Below are positions 48,784 through 59,269 of a stretch of DNA of 64,000 nucleotides, piece by piece; within the stretch, counting starts at the first letter, position 1; each line of letters opens with the position of its first letter. The notes under the pieces were generated by a model that saw nothing but the letters and a program-made list of their open reading frames with translations, searched no databases and had not been told where the DNA came from. The stretch spans positions 128,001-192,000 of the forward strand of contig CM000430.1 in the NCBI GenBank assembly GCA_000165345.1, given 5' to 3'. The position numbers were made by a program, and so were the translations under genes.

Positions 48784-50376
48784 CTATAGCGGAGCATAAG
48801 TCATTCTCATACCTAGTTGGAATCCCTCAAGCATATCTGTATTCCGATACTTTATTGGGGCTGAGAACAGTAAACTTAAGTCGGCAGGGCCTAACGGAAC
48901 AGAAAGTCCAATTCCAGTTGTCACCCTAATATTTTGTCTAAATTTTTCCAATACTGATCGCTTTTCCTTATTGTCATTTCTGTCAAGAACTATCGCGCCA
49001 CCTACAAAAGCCTGTACATCCGGCTTTACATCTGTCCCCATTCCACTTAGGTCCAGAGGATGAGAGATCCTCACCTCTGACGCAATAAATGAGTCCCCTC
49101 CCAAGTACACATTTTCTCTATTCTCAACTATTTTGGAATCTTCCTCTTTTCCTTGTGCTCTTGTAATGCGTGTGCATGGTCCGACTGATCTTGGTGCGAA
49201 ACCTGGCAAACAATAGTGAGCCCCACAGTTGCCGCCCAAAAAGAATTTGTCATGCATGGAAGCTTTAAATATAGACTTATTGATGAAATTTGGTAGTAGA
49301 GCGCCAAACCCAAGGCAAAAATCTAGACTTGGATTTTTCAGGAAATTGAAGCCATATCTATTCCTGGAGAACTTGGAGCTCCATGTATAGAAGCCTTGTG
49401 TCTTGATAAAACTTACATCTCCGTTAAATCCTGCGAGCTCAATGCTAAGCTGTTTAATAGTATGGTTGCTATTAATTTTGTAGAAAGCATTAGAACGTTT
49501 CTCAGTTTCAGCTTCAGATGAATCCTCTTCCTTTTCATTATAATGATTGCTTTTAATTTTGTTCCATGAATAACATATACTGTTTTTAAGAGTTTGAATA
49601 CTTTGACCAAAAAATCGATTTGAACTGTCAGTATCGCAATCTTGTAGTCTTTCCCCAATTTGTTCATGCAACAATCTGGGGAATTCTCTGATTCTAGATT
49701 CGACTGTAAGGTTGTGATGATTATTCGGGCCAGAAAACCTAACTAAACCTCCAAAAGAGTTTTCTGTATACGATGAACTTTTATTGTAATCTACTATTGA
49801 CTTTGAAAGATTATATAACATATCAATATTTGTAGAAAATATCTTTGGGGTAAAATGGCTTATACTTAGCTCTCTAGAACTGGTTCCAAAAGTCGCAATA
49901 CTAAATTTGCTCGTACTTAATGTTCCAAATAAGTTTGGGAAAAATGCTGAAGCTTCGAAACCTATTTTTCCTCGTCTGTTAATTGTACTTCCCAATGTGA
50001 ATCTTTTCTTGTTCTCCCTAAGTTTGAATACCACGTCAATATCTAAAGGATTGCCAGTATTTGGAGTCACATTATGTGAAACTGATGAGAAAGCATCTAA
50101 TGAAGAAAGTTCTTCTTGCACATTTTTGGCTTTCATTATAATATTCTCAAAATCACACTCTCCTTGGAATGCATGTTTGTAGCTATTTAGAAGATTGGGG
50201 TCTAATTAAATTCAAAAAAGATGTAAAACACAAAAATTCGAGTTTTAGTTATTATTATAACAAATTCTCACAATTTTTTTAAACTTACTTATACTCCTCA
50301 ATCCCTCAAAAACAACATTAACTCTACGAATTGGCTTCCCATCATTAGAATTAAATTCCATAGAAGCTCCAGGCAT
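48784..50376 (-). CDS. SAM50: Sam50/Tob55 (Omp85-family beta-barrel assembly protein of the mitochondrion-derived organelle), exons 50289..50376 and 48784..50201, intron 50202..50288
   Basis: The C-terminal Omp85 barrel signature is GGDSFIASEVRISHPL...AFVGGAIVLD...VTTGIGLSVPLGP...GFQLGMRMTYAPL. The ORF is open upstream of its internal ATG. ATG at 50374-50376 encodes MPGASMEFNSNDGKPIRRVNVVFEGLRSI, a POTRA-like start, then a GTAAGT donor and an ATTTAATTAG acceptor. Phase 1 joins in frame (…RSI-N-PNLLNSYKHAFQ…). Confidence 0.72.
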
Positions 50377-50461
50377 TTGATAAAATACTGTTACCTCTCA
50401 AATTAATTGTTATTGGTGAATTTCTAATTGACAATTCTTATCCCGGCGATGTAATTTAAAG

Positions 50462-50475
50462 TTTGGGCGGGAAAA
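50462..50475. promoter_or_regulatory. E2F-like TTTGGGCGGGAAAA site about 90 bp upstream of Sam50 ATG
   Basis: Direct read. Confidence 0.5.
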
Positions 50476-51051
50476 TTGCAGTCAAAAAATACACATGGAA
50501 AAATGGTAATGATAAACTGAGCAAGATATTAAAAAGAGATGGATTTTTTGAGGGAGGTAAGTTAAAGAAAGTAAAATTGATATTTATTGGGCTGGTTAAT
50601 CTGGAATATGATTTAGAAATATTACTCCTCCAGAAAGTTTGAGAACACCACAATACAAACTCATTTAAATGGGTACGTTAAGAATATTACTAGATTTTTT
50701 GACTTAATTTTCAGCTAATATAATAAATATCTAAAAATGGTTAAAGAGTTTCAATAATTTTTTTTTCTTTCCCAAATACTCCTGAAAATAGATCATTTGA
50801 AAGTATTGAATTTACTGAAGAAATATTGGCAAATGTAGATAATATAAATGGGATAATGACAAAGAATATAAAAATATCACCAAATGATCCATTATGCACA
50901 ATAACTTTAAGAAATGGAGTAAAAGAAGTAATAAAAAGCCATATAGGTGGAGAATTGACTGAGATAAATATGAAAATAAAAAATATTAATGGTGAATGTA
51001 AATCTTCTTCTTGGATTGCTATAATAACTAATTCTAAATACTAATAAATGA

Positions 51052-52152
51052 CTATTTCGTAATCTTCATCATATTATTTTGGTATGTAAAGAAGTAATCT
51101 TGATCAGTAGGTCTTGTAGTAGCTTTTTGAAGTTCTCCATAAACGACTTTAGCATCAAATTTGGGATCATTAAGCCTTCCTAACCTGATCATAGCTTCAT
51201 TCTTCTCCTTGAAATCTTTCTTGACAATTGTATTAGGCATATCAAATTCTGTATTCCACATTACTCTACCCTGAAATACTGTGACTCTAAATCCTTCTGA
51301 AACCTTTAATCTTGTTTCATGATCATGACTAAATTCACTAATTACATGCTCCCTAAGGCTTTTAATATCTTTGAATCCGAAAACTCTTGGACCTGTTTCA
51401 TATTTTGAAGATGCATCCAATAATAAATATGTAACATTGGTTTTATCTTCGCTTGCTTGAGAGTAAAATGCAAAGCACCTTCCTCTAGAAATGATTGCAA
51501 GAATGGAATATTTTGGTGAATAATAACTTAGAATTTCATTAAATGCTTCATCAACTGTAACAGAAAGTCCATCCCTATGTAACTTCATGATTTGTAAATC
51601 AGGATTTGACTTATATTCTTTAATTATATCAGAAGTCTCTCTTCTTTCTTTGGCCGCTTCGAATATTTTTTGAATACTTTTTTCTGTAGTAACTAATCCA
51701 TATTCGTTCTTAATACCCCATAATAAGCAGGCAAATTGTCTTTGTGTTTCAGTGATAATTGGTATTCCATATTCATAGGGGACCAAAATATACCACATAA
51801 TGCTTTTACTTTGTTTTGAGAGAGTTTCCACATTTTCCGTTTCGTTTTCATTAATTCCAAATTTATTTGCTATTTCAATACTTGCAATGCTAGTTCTTGT
51901 GGTTGTAGAATATGACGAGATATTGATTTTAATTTTTTTTTCACTTCTAGATCTAGGAGCGCAACATTGCATAAAAGGTCGTAAAAAAAGCTGAATAGGA
52001 GAAAGAGCCTCCTCTTTAACTATTCTTTGTGGTGGCTTTTTGCATCTTGGGTCGTTTACTAATATAAAAGAATCAAATGAAAGTCCTTCAGAAAAAGAAT
52101 ATTCATCTCTAAAAGCGTCATACTGTGGCTTTGATGCTGTTGTAACTGACAT
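51052..52152 (-). CDS. Hypothetical protein (366 aa)
   Basis: Clean ATG-to-stop ORF with ordinary, not low-complexity, composition. No motif recognised by eye. Confidence 0.45.
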   Translation of the reverse strand: MSVTTASKPQYDAFRDEYSFSEGLSFDSFILVNDPRCKKPPQRIVKEEALSPIQLFLRPFMQCCAPRSRSEKKIKINISSYSTTTRTSIASIEIANKFGINENETENVETLSKQSKSIMWYILVPYEYGIPIITETQRQFACLLWGIKNEYGLVTTEKSIQKIFEAAKERRETSDIIKEYKSNPDLQIMKLHRDGLSVTVDEAFNEILSYYSPKYSILAIISRGRCFAFYSQASEDKTNVTYLLLDASSKYETGPRVFGFKDIKSLREHVISEFSHDHETRLKVSEGFRVTVFQGRVMWNTEFDMPNTIVKKDFKEKNEAMIRLGRLNDPKFDAKVVYGELQKATTRPTDQDYFFTYQNNMMKITK

Positions 52153-52603
52153 TTTCAGAATCTTATTCTATCTTTATTTATAGGCTTACAATGATTAGCT
52201 AACTTGTTGCTTTCACACAGAACTTTTTAAAACTTGAGTAGAGTAAACAAACTTCTAAATTTTTGTACATTAACTTTTATTTCTATTTGTTTATTTTCCT
52301 GATACTTATTTTATTAATAAATCAGCATCACAAAACATGTCAAAATGACGTAATAGGCGCCGCGAATTACCCGCCACGGCCTTGTTTTCATGTTGACATT
52401 TTAAAAGAAAATATTTTTCATGGGGGTAATATTTTTGGCAAGTGAAAGGTTTAATAAAATGATATTAAATTTTGTCAATTTACTTAGTATTCTATGCCTC
52501 TATATTTAGTTGTAAATATTCCGGAAAATTATATTAATTATTTTAAATCAGCAAAATTTAATTAAATCTCATTAGGAGTTTTTGTTTAATTTCATGCATT
52601 TTT

Positions 52604-52693
52604 TTGCATGCATGACTGGTTATTCTTTTTTGAATTAAAATTTAATGTGGACAAATATTTAGTACCGGTGTATTAGTAATGCGCATGCATGTG
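52604..52693. promoter_or_regulatory. Motif cluster upstream of the LCCL gene: TGCATGCATG, AATGTGGACAAAT, GCGCATGCATG
   Basis: tttgcatgcatgactgg ... ttaatgtggacaaatat ... aatgcgcatgcatgtg, 210-300 bp upstream of the ATG at 52906. Confidence 0.55.
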
Positions 52694-52905
52694 AAAGAAA
52701 AAATAATTGCAAAATGTTTGTATAGAATGAATTTTATAGAATTGTATAATTTGACCAAAAAAAAATTGCATGTATATTTATTAACTTTTTTTTCTTTAAA
52801 TTAAGAGTTATTAAAGAAAAAGTGGAGTGAACCAGAATTAAAAGAAAAAAGAAGAAATTCACTCTTCATTTACAAGAATTAGAGTTGAGAATAATTGACT
52901 AGAGG

Positions 52906-55900
52906 ATGAGTGCTACTCAGGGAAAAGCAGAATATGGAAAAAAGAGAGTGAGTACTATTATTAAGGCTTTGGCATGGATTGCAATAGTGTGTCTAGTTAA
53001 AAATGCAAGCTCAGAGGGATTATCTGGAGAGAAAAGGCATATTTCTAAGGACTATTGTAGAGCAGTCCCATTAGATGGATTTGCAGATTTTGCTGAATGC
53101 GCACCTCCAAGCAATGAAGCAGAATACACTATTGAAGTGGTCCCAGTGGTCGCATCTGGAATCGATTTAAGAAGTGAGGTAGATATAGTTTTATATGGAG
53201 GTGATGATACACAGACATCCCCAATTCCAATTTCATCGTCAATAACAGGTACTGTTAGATCTTTAAGTACAAAACAATTGGATATTGGAGCTCCACAGCA
53301 AGTCGGAATATTCTTAAAGAGTAATACAAGGTGGAAGTGTTTAAAGATTACTGTTGTTAAAGATTATAGATATTGGGTATTCTCATGTAATGGAGAACTT
53401 ACTCCTCAACACCGTTCATTGACTTATGGAGTTACTGGAAATAAATTATATACTGCAAGCATTATGACAGGAAAGAGTGGTGAAGCAGGAACAAAAGGTG
53501 GAGTAGAAATTAGCATTTCAGGAGAAGCTGGTCAAAGTGATAAGATTTTACTCAAACAAGGATTTTACTCTTCAACTTTGAGGAGGATGCTTTTCAGAGC
53601 TGCAGATGTTGGAAAGATTAAGGAAATTAGTTTAACAAATACAGCTTTAGATGATCCGTGGTACTGTGAGTATGTTAGAATTCAGTCTGAGGATGGTGAA
53701 AGTATCGACTTTACCGTTAGAAGATGGATTGGAAGGCCATTCTCTCAGATGGTAACACTAACAAACAGTATATCTGGGTCAGAAAACTCTCCTGCTCAAG
53801 ATATTGACTGCAATACCAGAGCAATTGATATTGTCCCAAGAGCTCCAGTTACTACAATTACTTTCAAAGTCAAATGCCCAGTAAATTGTGGTTCAGAAAA
53901 GTTTGCAACCATTTATGGTACAGGAATTCATGCAGCTTCATCTTCAATCTGTAAATCTGCGATATTTGACAATATTCTAACTCCTTCAGGAGGAGAGTTA
54001 GTACTAACAATAGTCCCAAGTTTACCAAAATATTTTGGTGGAAAGGGTGCATACTCTATAGAATCTTCAGATTTCTTCCCAAAGCCTGGAAGTGAAATTT
54101 TTAGCTTCTATACATATTTGAGTGACTCTATTGACTTTATACAGTCTGAAGTCAGAGTCGTTGATTCTACAGGTAACTTGGCATCTTCTGGTAGGCTTGA
54201 AGTCAGAAGAAATGGTATTTGGGGAAGCGTTTCATTAAAGGGAGAATCTACTGTAACTAATGAACTTGCTGCTACACTTGCATGCAAACAATTAGGTTAC
54301 TCATTTGGATCCATTCTTCCTTCTTGCACATATGTTAATGGAGGTAACGTTTGTACTCCGAAAGGATACCCAATCTCTGTTGCTGGATTACAATGTAATG
54401 GAAATGAAATCGATATTGCTCAGTGTATGTTCGAGGAACCAAAGACTACTAATAGCATGACAACTGTTGCCATACAGTGCAGTTCAATTGCTCCAAAAGA
54501 TACGATGCATGGAGCTCTCAGAATTGTTGATTCCACCGGTGTACCTTCAAGAACAGGAGCAGGAAGACTACAAGTTTATATGGATGGATGGGGATCAGTA
54601 TGTAGTGATGGTTTTAATAGTGTTTCTGAAAGAGTTGCATGTACACAAATGGGATACTCTGGAGTTAAAAATGGAGGAGCTTCAACTAAAAGTTGTAAAG
54701 ACTTTGGAGGCGAAGATGTATGCGGAAGTGAACAAGAACAAATTCTTATGGTAGATGTTGCATGTAAGGGTGACGAAGAAAAGCTTGTCAACTGTCAGCA
54801 CTACTCATCAAATAATATTTACTGTGTACATGAGGAAGATGTTGTTGTAAGCTGCTCAGGATCAGGTGACCCAACAGGTAATGGTGCCTATTTATCTGAA
54901 AAGTCTCCGTCAATCCTGCCATCTATTCCATACAATAAGTACCAATTCGACTGTAATGACAGTCCTGTAAGTATTAAAGGTGCTGTAGGTACAGGTGCAA
55001 TCATTGCATGTCCATCAAAATGTTCTAAAGCATCTTCTCACATTAAGGGAAGCTATATCTACTCTGACGATACTCCTGTATGTAAGGCTGCCATTCATGC
55101 AGGTATTATCACTGATGAAGTTGGAGGAGAAGTTGTTATTACCTTTGTATCTGGTCAGAAACAGTACTTTGGAAGCTTTAACAATGGAATTCAAAGTAGA
55201 AGTATTGAAACAAGCGCCTCTAAATCAAAGATTAGAGGCTCAGATTTAGCTTCTATAAGATCCTTCACTATTTCAAAGCTTTCAGCAACAATTAACAGAA
55301 GAGAAAATGATTTCAGTCAACAAATTGTTAATGAAGAGCTTCCAGCTATTTCTCCCCCAGTATTATCATGGGTCTGCCCAACAGACTATCCTGGATTCAG
55401 AGGTGGAAAGAATGACTTTATTGATGCCACTAACTTACCAGGAGGTGATAGAATCAGCTCTCTAGATGATTTTACTATCTCTGCTAGAGTTCTCATTACT
55501 GGTGGACAAGGTACCTGGAGAACTATTATGGCACATACTGAATGCTTGGGTATATCATTATACATTGATAGAGACAACACTATTCATTTTGATCAATTAT
55601 GTAATTCTGATACTGTCTCAACTTCATATGCACCAGCTATTAACGAATGGTTATTCTTAACTGTTGCATACAACTTTAATGAAAAGAGAGTTGTAATGTA
55701 TATAAATGGTAACGAAGTTGCTAATAAGGTAACAGGTTTTGTTTTCAATCTCAAGACTAAGCTAATAATTGGAAGAAGTTCAGATTCTGACAGTGAATAC
55801 TTCTTGGGCCAAATTTCTAATGTTAATATATGGGATAAATTCTTCACTCCAAGTGAGGTCAAATCTGCTATGGAGAAATCTTGGCATCAAAAAGGAATAT

Positions 55901-56649
55901 CTGGTGGTGGAGAGCTTAAAGGTAAAAGACATACAATTGATGGAAGACAATGTATCACTTCCTGTCAATCAGAATTCCCTGTTGCCTATAAAATGGGAGG
56001 AATTAACTATGCAACTAATCCATCCATTCAAATCAAATGCGATACTAATTTAGACAATGCAAGATTCTCATCAAAAGCCAATAAATTCAGAGTTGAATGC
56101 CCAGCTGGATGTTCAAAAAGTCGATATCCTGTTAAAGGTCATAAAGTATATTCACCAAAGAGTTCAATCTGTCAAGCCGCTATGCATATGGGCATAATAA
56201 GTGATACAGGTGGTGAATTTGTTGTTGCTCTTTATCCAGGACTTAAGCAATATACTGGGGCTGCTGGAAAAAACAATATTGTTAGTACCGATGAAAATAC
56301 TCCACAAACAAGATCATTTGTTGTTGGAGCTGCTCCAAAACCAAGACAACTTACTTGCTCTGATACTGCAAGCTTTATTTTCCAGTTACCAGTTGGTGAG
56401 AGAGAACTAGTTTCTTGCCCAAGCAACTGTGGATTAGAATCTGATGCTAAAGTCTACGGAATGGATATCTATTCTCCTATAAGTTCTATTTGCAGAGCTG
56501 CAATTCATGCTTCCAAGCTTTCTTCTGGCACTGCTGGTGAAATTCAAATTGAAGTCGGACCTGAGCAATTCCACTTTGAACAATCTAATAGAAATGGTAT
56601 TCAGTCTCAATCTACAGGGTATTATATAAGAAGCTTCAAAATAGTCTAA
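52906..56649 (+). CDS. Secreted multi-domain adhesive protein of the apicomplexan LCCL family (CCp3/LAP1-like): signal anchor, PLAT/LH2-like region, 4 LCCL domains, 2 SRCR domains, pentraxin/LamG-like domain
   Basis: Four LCCL cores (CPVNCGSEKFATIYGTGIHAASSSICKSAIFDNILTPSGGELVLTIVPSLPKYFGG; CPSKCSKASSHIKGSYIYSDDTPVCKAAIHAGII..GGEVVITFVSGQKQYFGS; CPAGCSKSRYPVKGHKVYSPKSSICQAAMHMGIIS; CPSNCGLESDAKVYGMDIYSPISSICRAAIHASKL). Two SRCR-like blocks (GRLEVRRNGIWGSVS...LACKQLGY; GRLQVYMDGWGSVCSDGF...VACTQMGY). A LamG/pentraxin-like block (ISARVLITGGQGTWRTIMAH...FLTVAYNFNEKRVVMYINGNEV...IGRS). This domain combination is specific to CCp/LAP proteins. Confidence 0.85.
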   Translation: MSATQGKAEYGKKRVSTIIKALAWIAIVCLVKNASSEGLSGEKRHISKDYCRAVPLDGFADFAECAPPSNEAEYTIEVVPVVASGIDLRSEVDIVLYGGDDTQTSPIPISSSITGTVRSLSTKQLDIGAPQQVGIFLKSNTRWKCLKITVVKDYRYWVFSCNGELTPQHRSLTYGVTGNKLYTASIMTGKSGEAGTKGGVEISISGEAGQSDKILLKQGFYSSTLRRMLFRAADVGKIKEISLTNTALDDPWYCEYVRIQSEDGESIDFTVRRWIGRPFSQMVTLTNSISGSENSPAQDIDCNTRAIDIVPRAPVTTITFKVKCPVNCGSEKFATIYGTGIHAASSSICKSAIFDNILTPSGGELVLTIVPSLPKYFGGKGAYSIESSDFFPKPGSEIFSFYTYLSDSIDFIQSEVRVVDSTGNLASSGRLEVRRNGIWGSVSLKGESTVTNELAATLACKQLGYSFGSILPSCTYVNGGNVCTPKGYPISVAGLQCNGNEIDIAQCMFEEPKTTNSMTTVAIQCSSIAPKDTMHGALRIVDSTGVPSRTGAGRLQVYMDGWGSVCSDGFNSVSERVACTQMGYSGVKNGGASTKSCKDFGGEDVCGSEQEQILMVDVACKGDEEKLVNCQHYSSNNIYCVHEEDVVVSCSGSGDPTGNGAYLSEKSPSILPSIPYNKYQFDCNDSPVSIKGAVGTGAIIACPSKCSKASSHIKGSYIYSDDTPVCKAAIHAGIITDEVGGEVVITFVSGQKQYFGSFNNGIQSRSIETSASKSKIRGSDLASIRSFTISKLSATINRRENDFSQQIVNEELPAISPPVLSWVCPTDYPGFRGGKNDFIDATNLPGGDRISSLDDFTISARVLITGGQGTWRTIMAHTECLGISLYIDRDNTIHFDQLCNSDTVSTSYAPAINEWLFLTVAYNFNEKRVVMYINGNEVANKVTGFVFNLKTKLIIGRSSDSDSEYFLGQISNVNIWDKFFTPSEVKSAMEKSWHQKGISGGGELKGKRHTIDGRQCITSCQSEFPVAYKMGGINYATNPSIQIKCDTNLDNARFSSKANKFRVECPAGCSKSRYPVKGHKVYSPKSSICQAAMHMGIISDTGGEFVVALYPGLKQYTGAAGKNNIVSTDENTPQTRSFVVGAAPKPRQLTCSDTASFIFQLPVGERELVSCPSNCGLESDAKVYGMDIYSPISSICRAAIHASKLSSGTAGEIQIEVGPEQFHFEQSNRNGIQSQSTGYYIRSFKIV

Positions 56650-57393
56650 GCAACTTAATTATATAGCAACCATAATATTAAAAAAGTCAATTATTGTTAA
56701 ATAGTTTACTAATTTATTTAATAATGAATTTAATGACTTGATAATATTAAGAGAACAAAAAACATATAGAAAGAAACAAGTAAGAAAACTAAATACGCTT
56801 TTTGTCCCTAAAATTAATTATATTTTCTATTTCCATTTCTTCTTTAATTTAGTAACATTGAAATTTAATTCATAATAAGAATTTCAAAAGAAAACTAATG
56901 AATAGAAACGAGATATGTGAAGTTATGGAAACTCAATTCCTAACTAATATACTTTCCTGAGCTCCTTAATTCATTCGTAATTGTCAAATAATGGCTCCGA
57001 AAACTAGAAAGTTGCTATTCCATAATAACTTATTTAACAAATAATTAATAGTTTTTATATATAAAAATAAATTACGTGTGAAAATGAATTCATGTGGCGG
57101 TATATAATTAGATTATAAATTTTTATGTAATTGCTAATTTAGGAAAAACCAAAGCAGAAATAATTTTTTTTAGAAAAGAAAAGAGGAAAAAACAGATTCT
57201 AATACGAGGCTTATTCCAGATAACCAAATTCTATGAAAGAAGATCCAAGCAGATTTTCAAGCTAGAAATTCGAAATTACAAATAATTAATTAACAAAGTT
57301 TTGGCTATATTAAAAAAAAAGCCGAGTAGATTTTGGCAACACACACACAAATTAATTTAGTCCAAAGACCAATAAGCTCATTTTTGTATTCAT

Positions 57394-57407
57394 GTATGCA
57401 TGCAAAA
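57394..57407. promoter_or_regulatory. TGCATGCA box 50 bp upstream of MFS transporter ATG
   Basis: gtatgcatgcaaaa read directly. Further GCATGC boxes at 8030, 8045, 12696, 16135, 18259, 31306, 35720 and 45096 (the 45096 copy is doubled, GCATGCGCATGC). Confidence 0.5.
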
Positions 57408-57454
57408 TAGCGAAAACCACTTAATACACAAAAAAAAACAATATATAGTTAGGA

Positions 57455-59269
57455 ATGAGTGTTGGAACAGTTTCAACAGCATCAACCCCATCAAAATCCC
57501 ATAGATCTAGGTCTGAATCTTATCAAAAGTTAAAAGAAGAAAAAGATTTTGCAACAACATCTTTTGAAAGCGATACAGATGATGGTTTGTATAGAAAATT
57601 GATACCAAGTCTTTATGCTTACTCCTCTCTACATGGATGTATTGACCAGCTAATCCCTACAAACTACAAATTCTTAGAAAGTTCGATAGGGCTCTCACCA
57701 AAATCTTTGGGAATGCTAACTTTTGCTCAGAAATTCACACAAGGACTATTCACAATTATTAGTGGGATAATATGTGACCGACAAATAAGTGCTACTAATA
57801 AACAACTTGAGAATAACCACAAGAATTTAATTTCCCTAGAGGAAGGTGATAGAGACTCAGAATTTACTCAAGTCAGTTATAGAAATGTAGAGGATGGAAA
57901 TCAAAGTGGAAACAGGATAGAAAGGGGGAGTGAATATGGAGAGGAGGAATACGAGGCTAGAAGCCTTTCCTCCAGGTCAGAGGCTTCTGAAGAAAGCCAA
58001 CTTCTACAGTACTCGGAAGATATTAATTTCTTAAGAATTTGGCCTGCCTATTTTATGATGGTAACCACAATTGGATGGGGAATGGTAATGATTTCAATGA
58101 TATTTGCCTCAAATTTTCTCCAAATGCTTATCTTACTTTGCTTCATGGGAGCTTTTTTGTCACTCATGGGGCCGCTCACACAATCAGTCATTGGAACTTT
58201 CAACAATATTGGTAGAAGTGAGCATTTTGGAAATCTCTTTCTCTCACAAAATATTGGAAGACTATTCTGTATCTCTGCTACTGCCAATATTATGGGGCAT
58301 TACTTTGACTTCACATGGGCCCTACTTACATTTTCTTTCCTCTCCTTCTTGTTTTCTATTTTCCTATACAAGTCATGCATTGAACATGCACTCCAACAAA
58401 AAGGCGGCAAAACCCTCCATAGGAAAATTTTGTCATATACCGGCGAACATGCATATATTATCCACATAAGTATGCAAATAAGAGGAATTTTTAGTAAGTT
58501 ATCATATGGAAAGTTGAAGGAATTTGTAAATGATTATTCATATGTGATATCAAATAAAAGTGCCTGGTTGATGTTGGTGATGGGTATTGTTAATGGAATC
58601 CCAAGACACTCTTTAAATTTTACAATGATGTGGTTACAATATTGTGGGTTAAGCCCTTTATTGGCAACTACAGTATATTCCTCCAGTTGGATCTCTGCAA
58701 TTTTGATCTCTCCATTTGTAGGGAAGGCTTCTGATTATATTGAGTCCATTTATCCTTGGATTGGAAGACAAGCATTGGCTCAAACTGCTATATTATTAAG
58801 AATTATATTTATGATCATCCTATTGAGATATATTCCTTGGGGAAGTCATTATTTCTTCTACTACTTAGTGGTCAGTATTTTAATTGGTTTTATGGCAGGA
58901 TGGCCAGGAGTTGGAGCGAGCAGACCTATTCTTTGCCAAATTGTTTTGCCTCACCATAGAGCAACATTGTTTGCAATGTTTTCATTATTTGAGACCATCG
59001 GATCTGCAATCTTTGGAGCTCCTATTGTTGGTCTTTTAGCTCAAAATTATTTTGGTTATGATTCATCCCTAAAGAAGGAAATTGGAGAAATTATATCATC
59101 CAACAATCTACATGCTTTACAAACTCTTCAACTTAATGCAAATGCTCTCGCTAATTCCATGCTTATTATGACTGTTATTCCCTGGATCCTAACTATTGCT
59201 TTATTTGGGCTTTTGAGATTAACCTATAAGCAAGATCAAAATGGTAATAACCAGGCAATTCTTAGCTAA
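57455..59269 (+). CDS. Major-facilitator-superfamily-type transporter with large acidic cytoplasmic loop
   Basis: About 12 hydrophobic helices in a 6+6 arrangement. G-x3-DR motif after TM2 (FTIISGIICDRQ). Loop rich in E/S. Confidence 0.55.
   Translation: MSVGTVSTASTPSKSHRSRSESYQKLKEEKDFATTSFESDTDDGLYRKLIPSLYAYSSLHGCIDQLIPTNYKFLESSIGLSPKSLGMLTFAQKFTQGLFTIISGIICDRQISATNKQLENNHKNLISLEEGDRDSEFTQVSYRNVEDGNQSGNRIERGSEYGEEEYEARSLSSRSEASEESQLLQYSEDINFLRIWPAYFMMVTTIGWGMVMISMIFASNFLQMLILLCFMGAFLSLMGPLTQSVIGTFNNIGRSEHFGNLFLSQNIGRLFCISATANIMGHYFDFTWALLTFSFLSFLFSIFLYKSCIEHALQQKGGKTLHRKILSYTGEHAYIIHISMQIRGIFSKLSYGKLKEFVNDYSYVISNKSAWLMLVMGIVNGIPRHSLNFTMMWLQYCGLSPLLATTVYSSSWISAILISPFVGKASDYIESIYPWIGRQALAQTAILLRIIFMIILLRYIPWGSHYFFYYLVVSILIGFMAGWPGVGASRPILCQIVLPHHRATLFAMFSLFETIGSAIFGAPIVGLLAQNYFGYDSSLKKEIGEIISSNNLHALQTLQLNANALANSMLIMTVIPWILTIALFGLLRLTYKQDQNGNNQAILS

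Noticed and set aside
13403-50826. ORF-track 'M' starts at 13585, 22693, 35621, 41132, 42661 and 50826
   Set aside because: The underlying codon is TTG in each case (read directly), because the ORF caller allows alternative starts. Real starts are downstream ATGs (22624, 35597, 41144) or upstream exons (13706, 42496). In a eukaryote TTG initiation is not expected.
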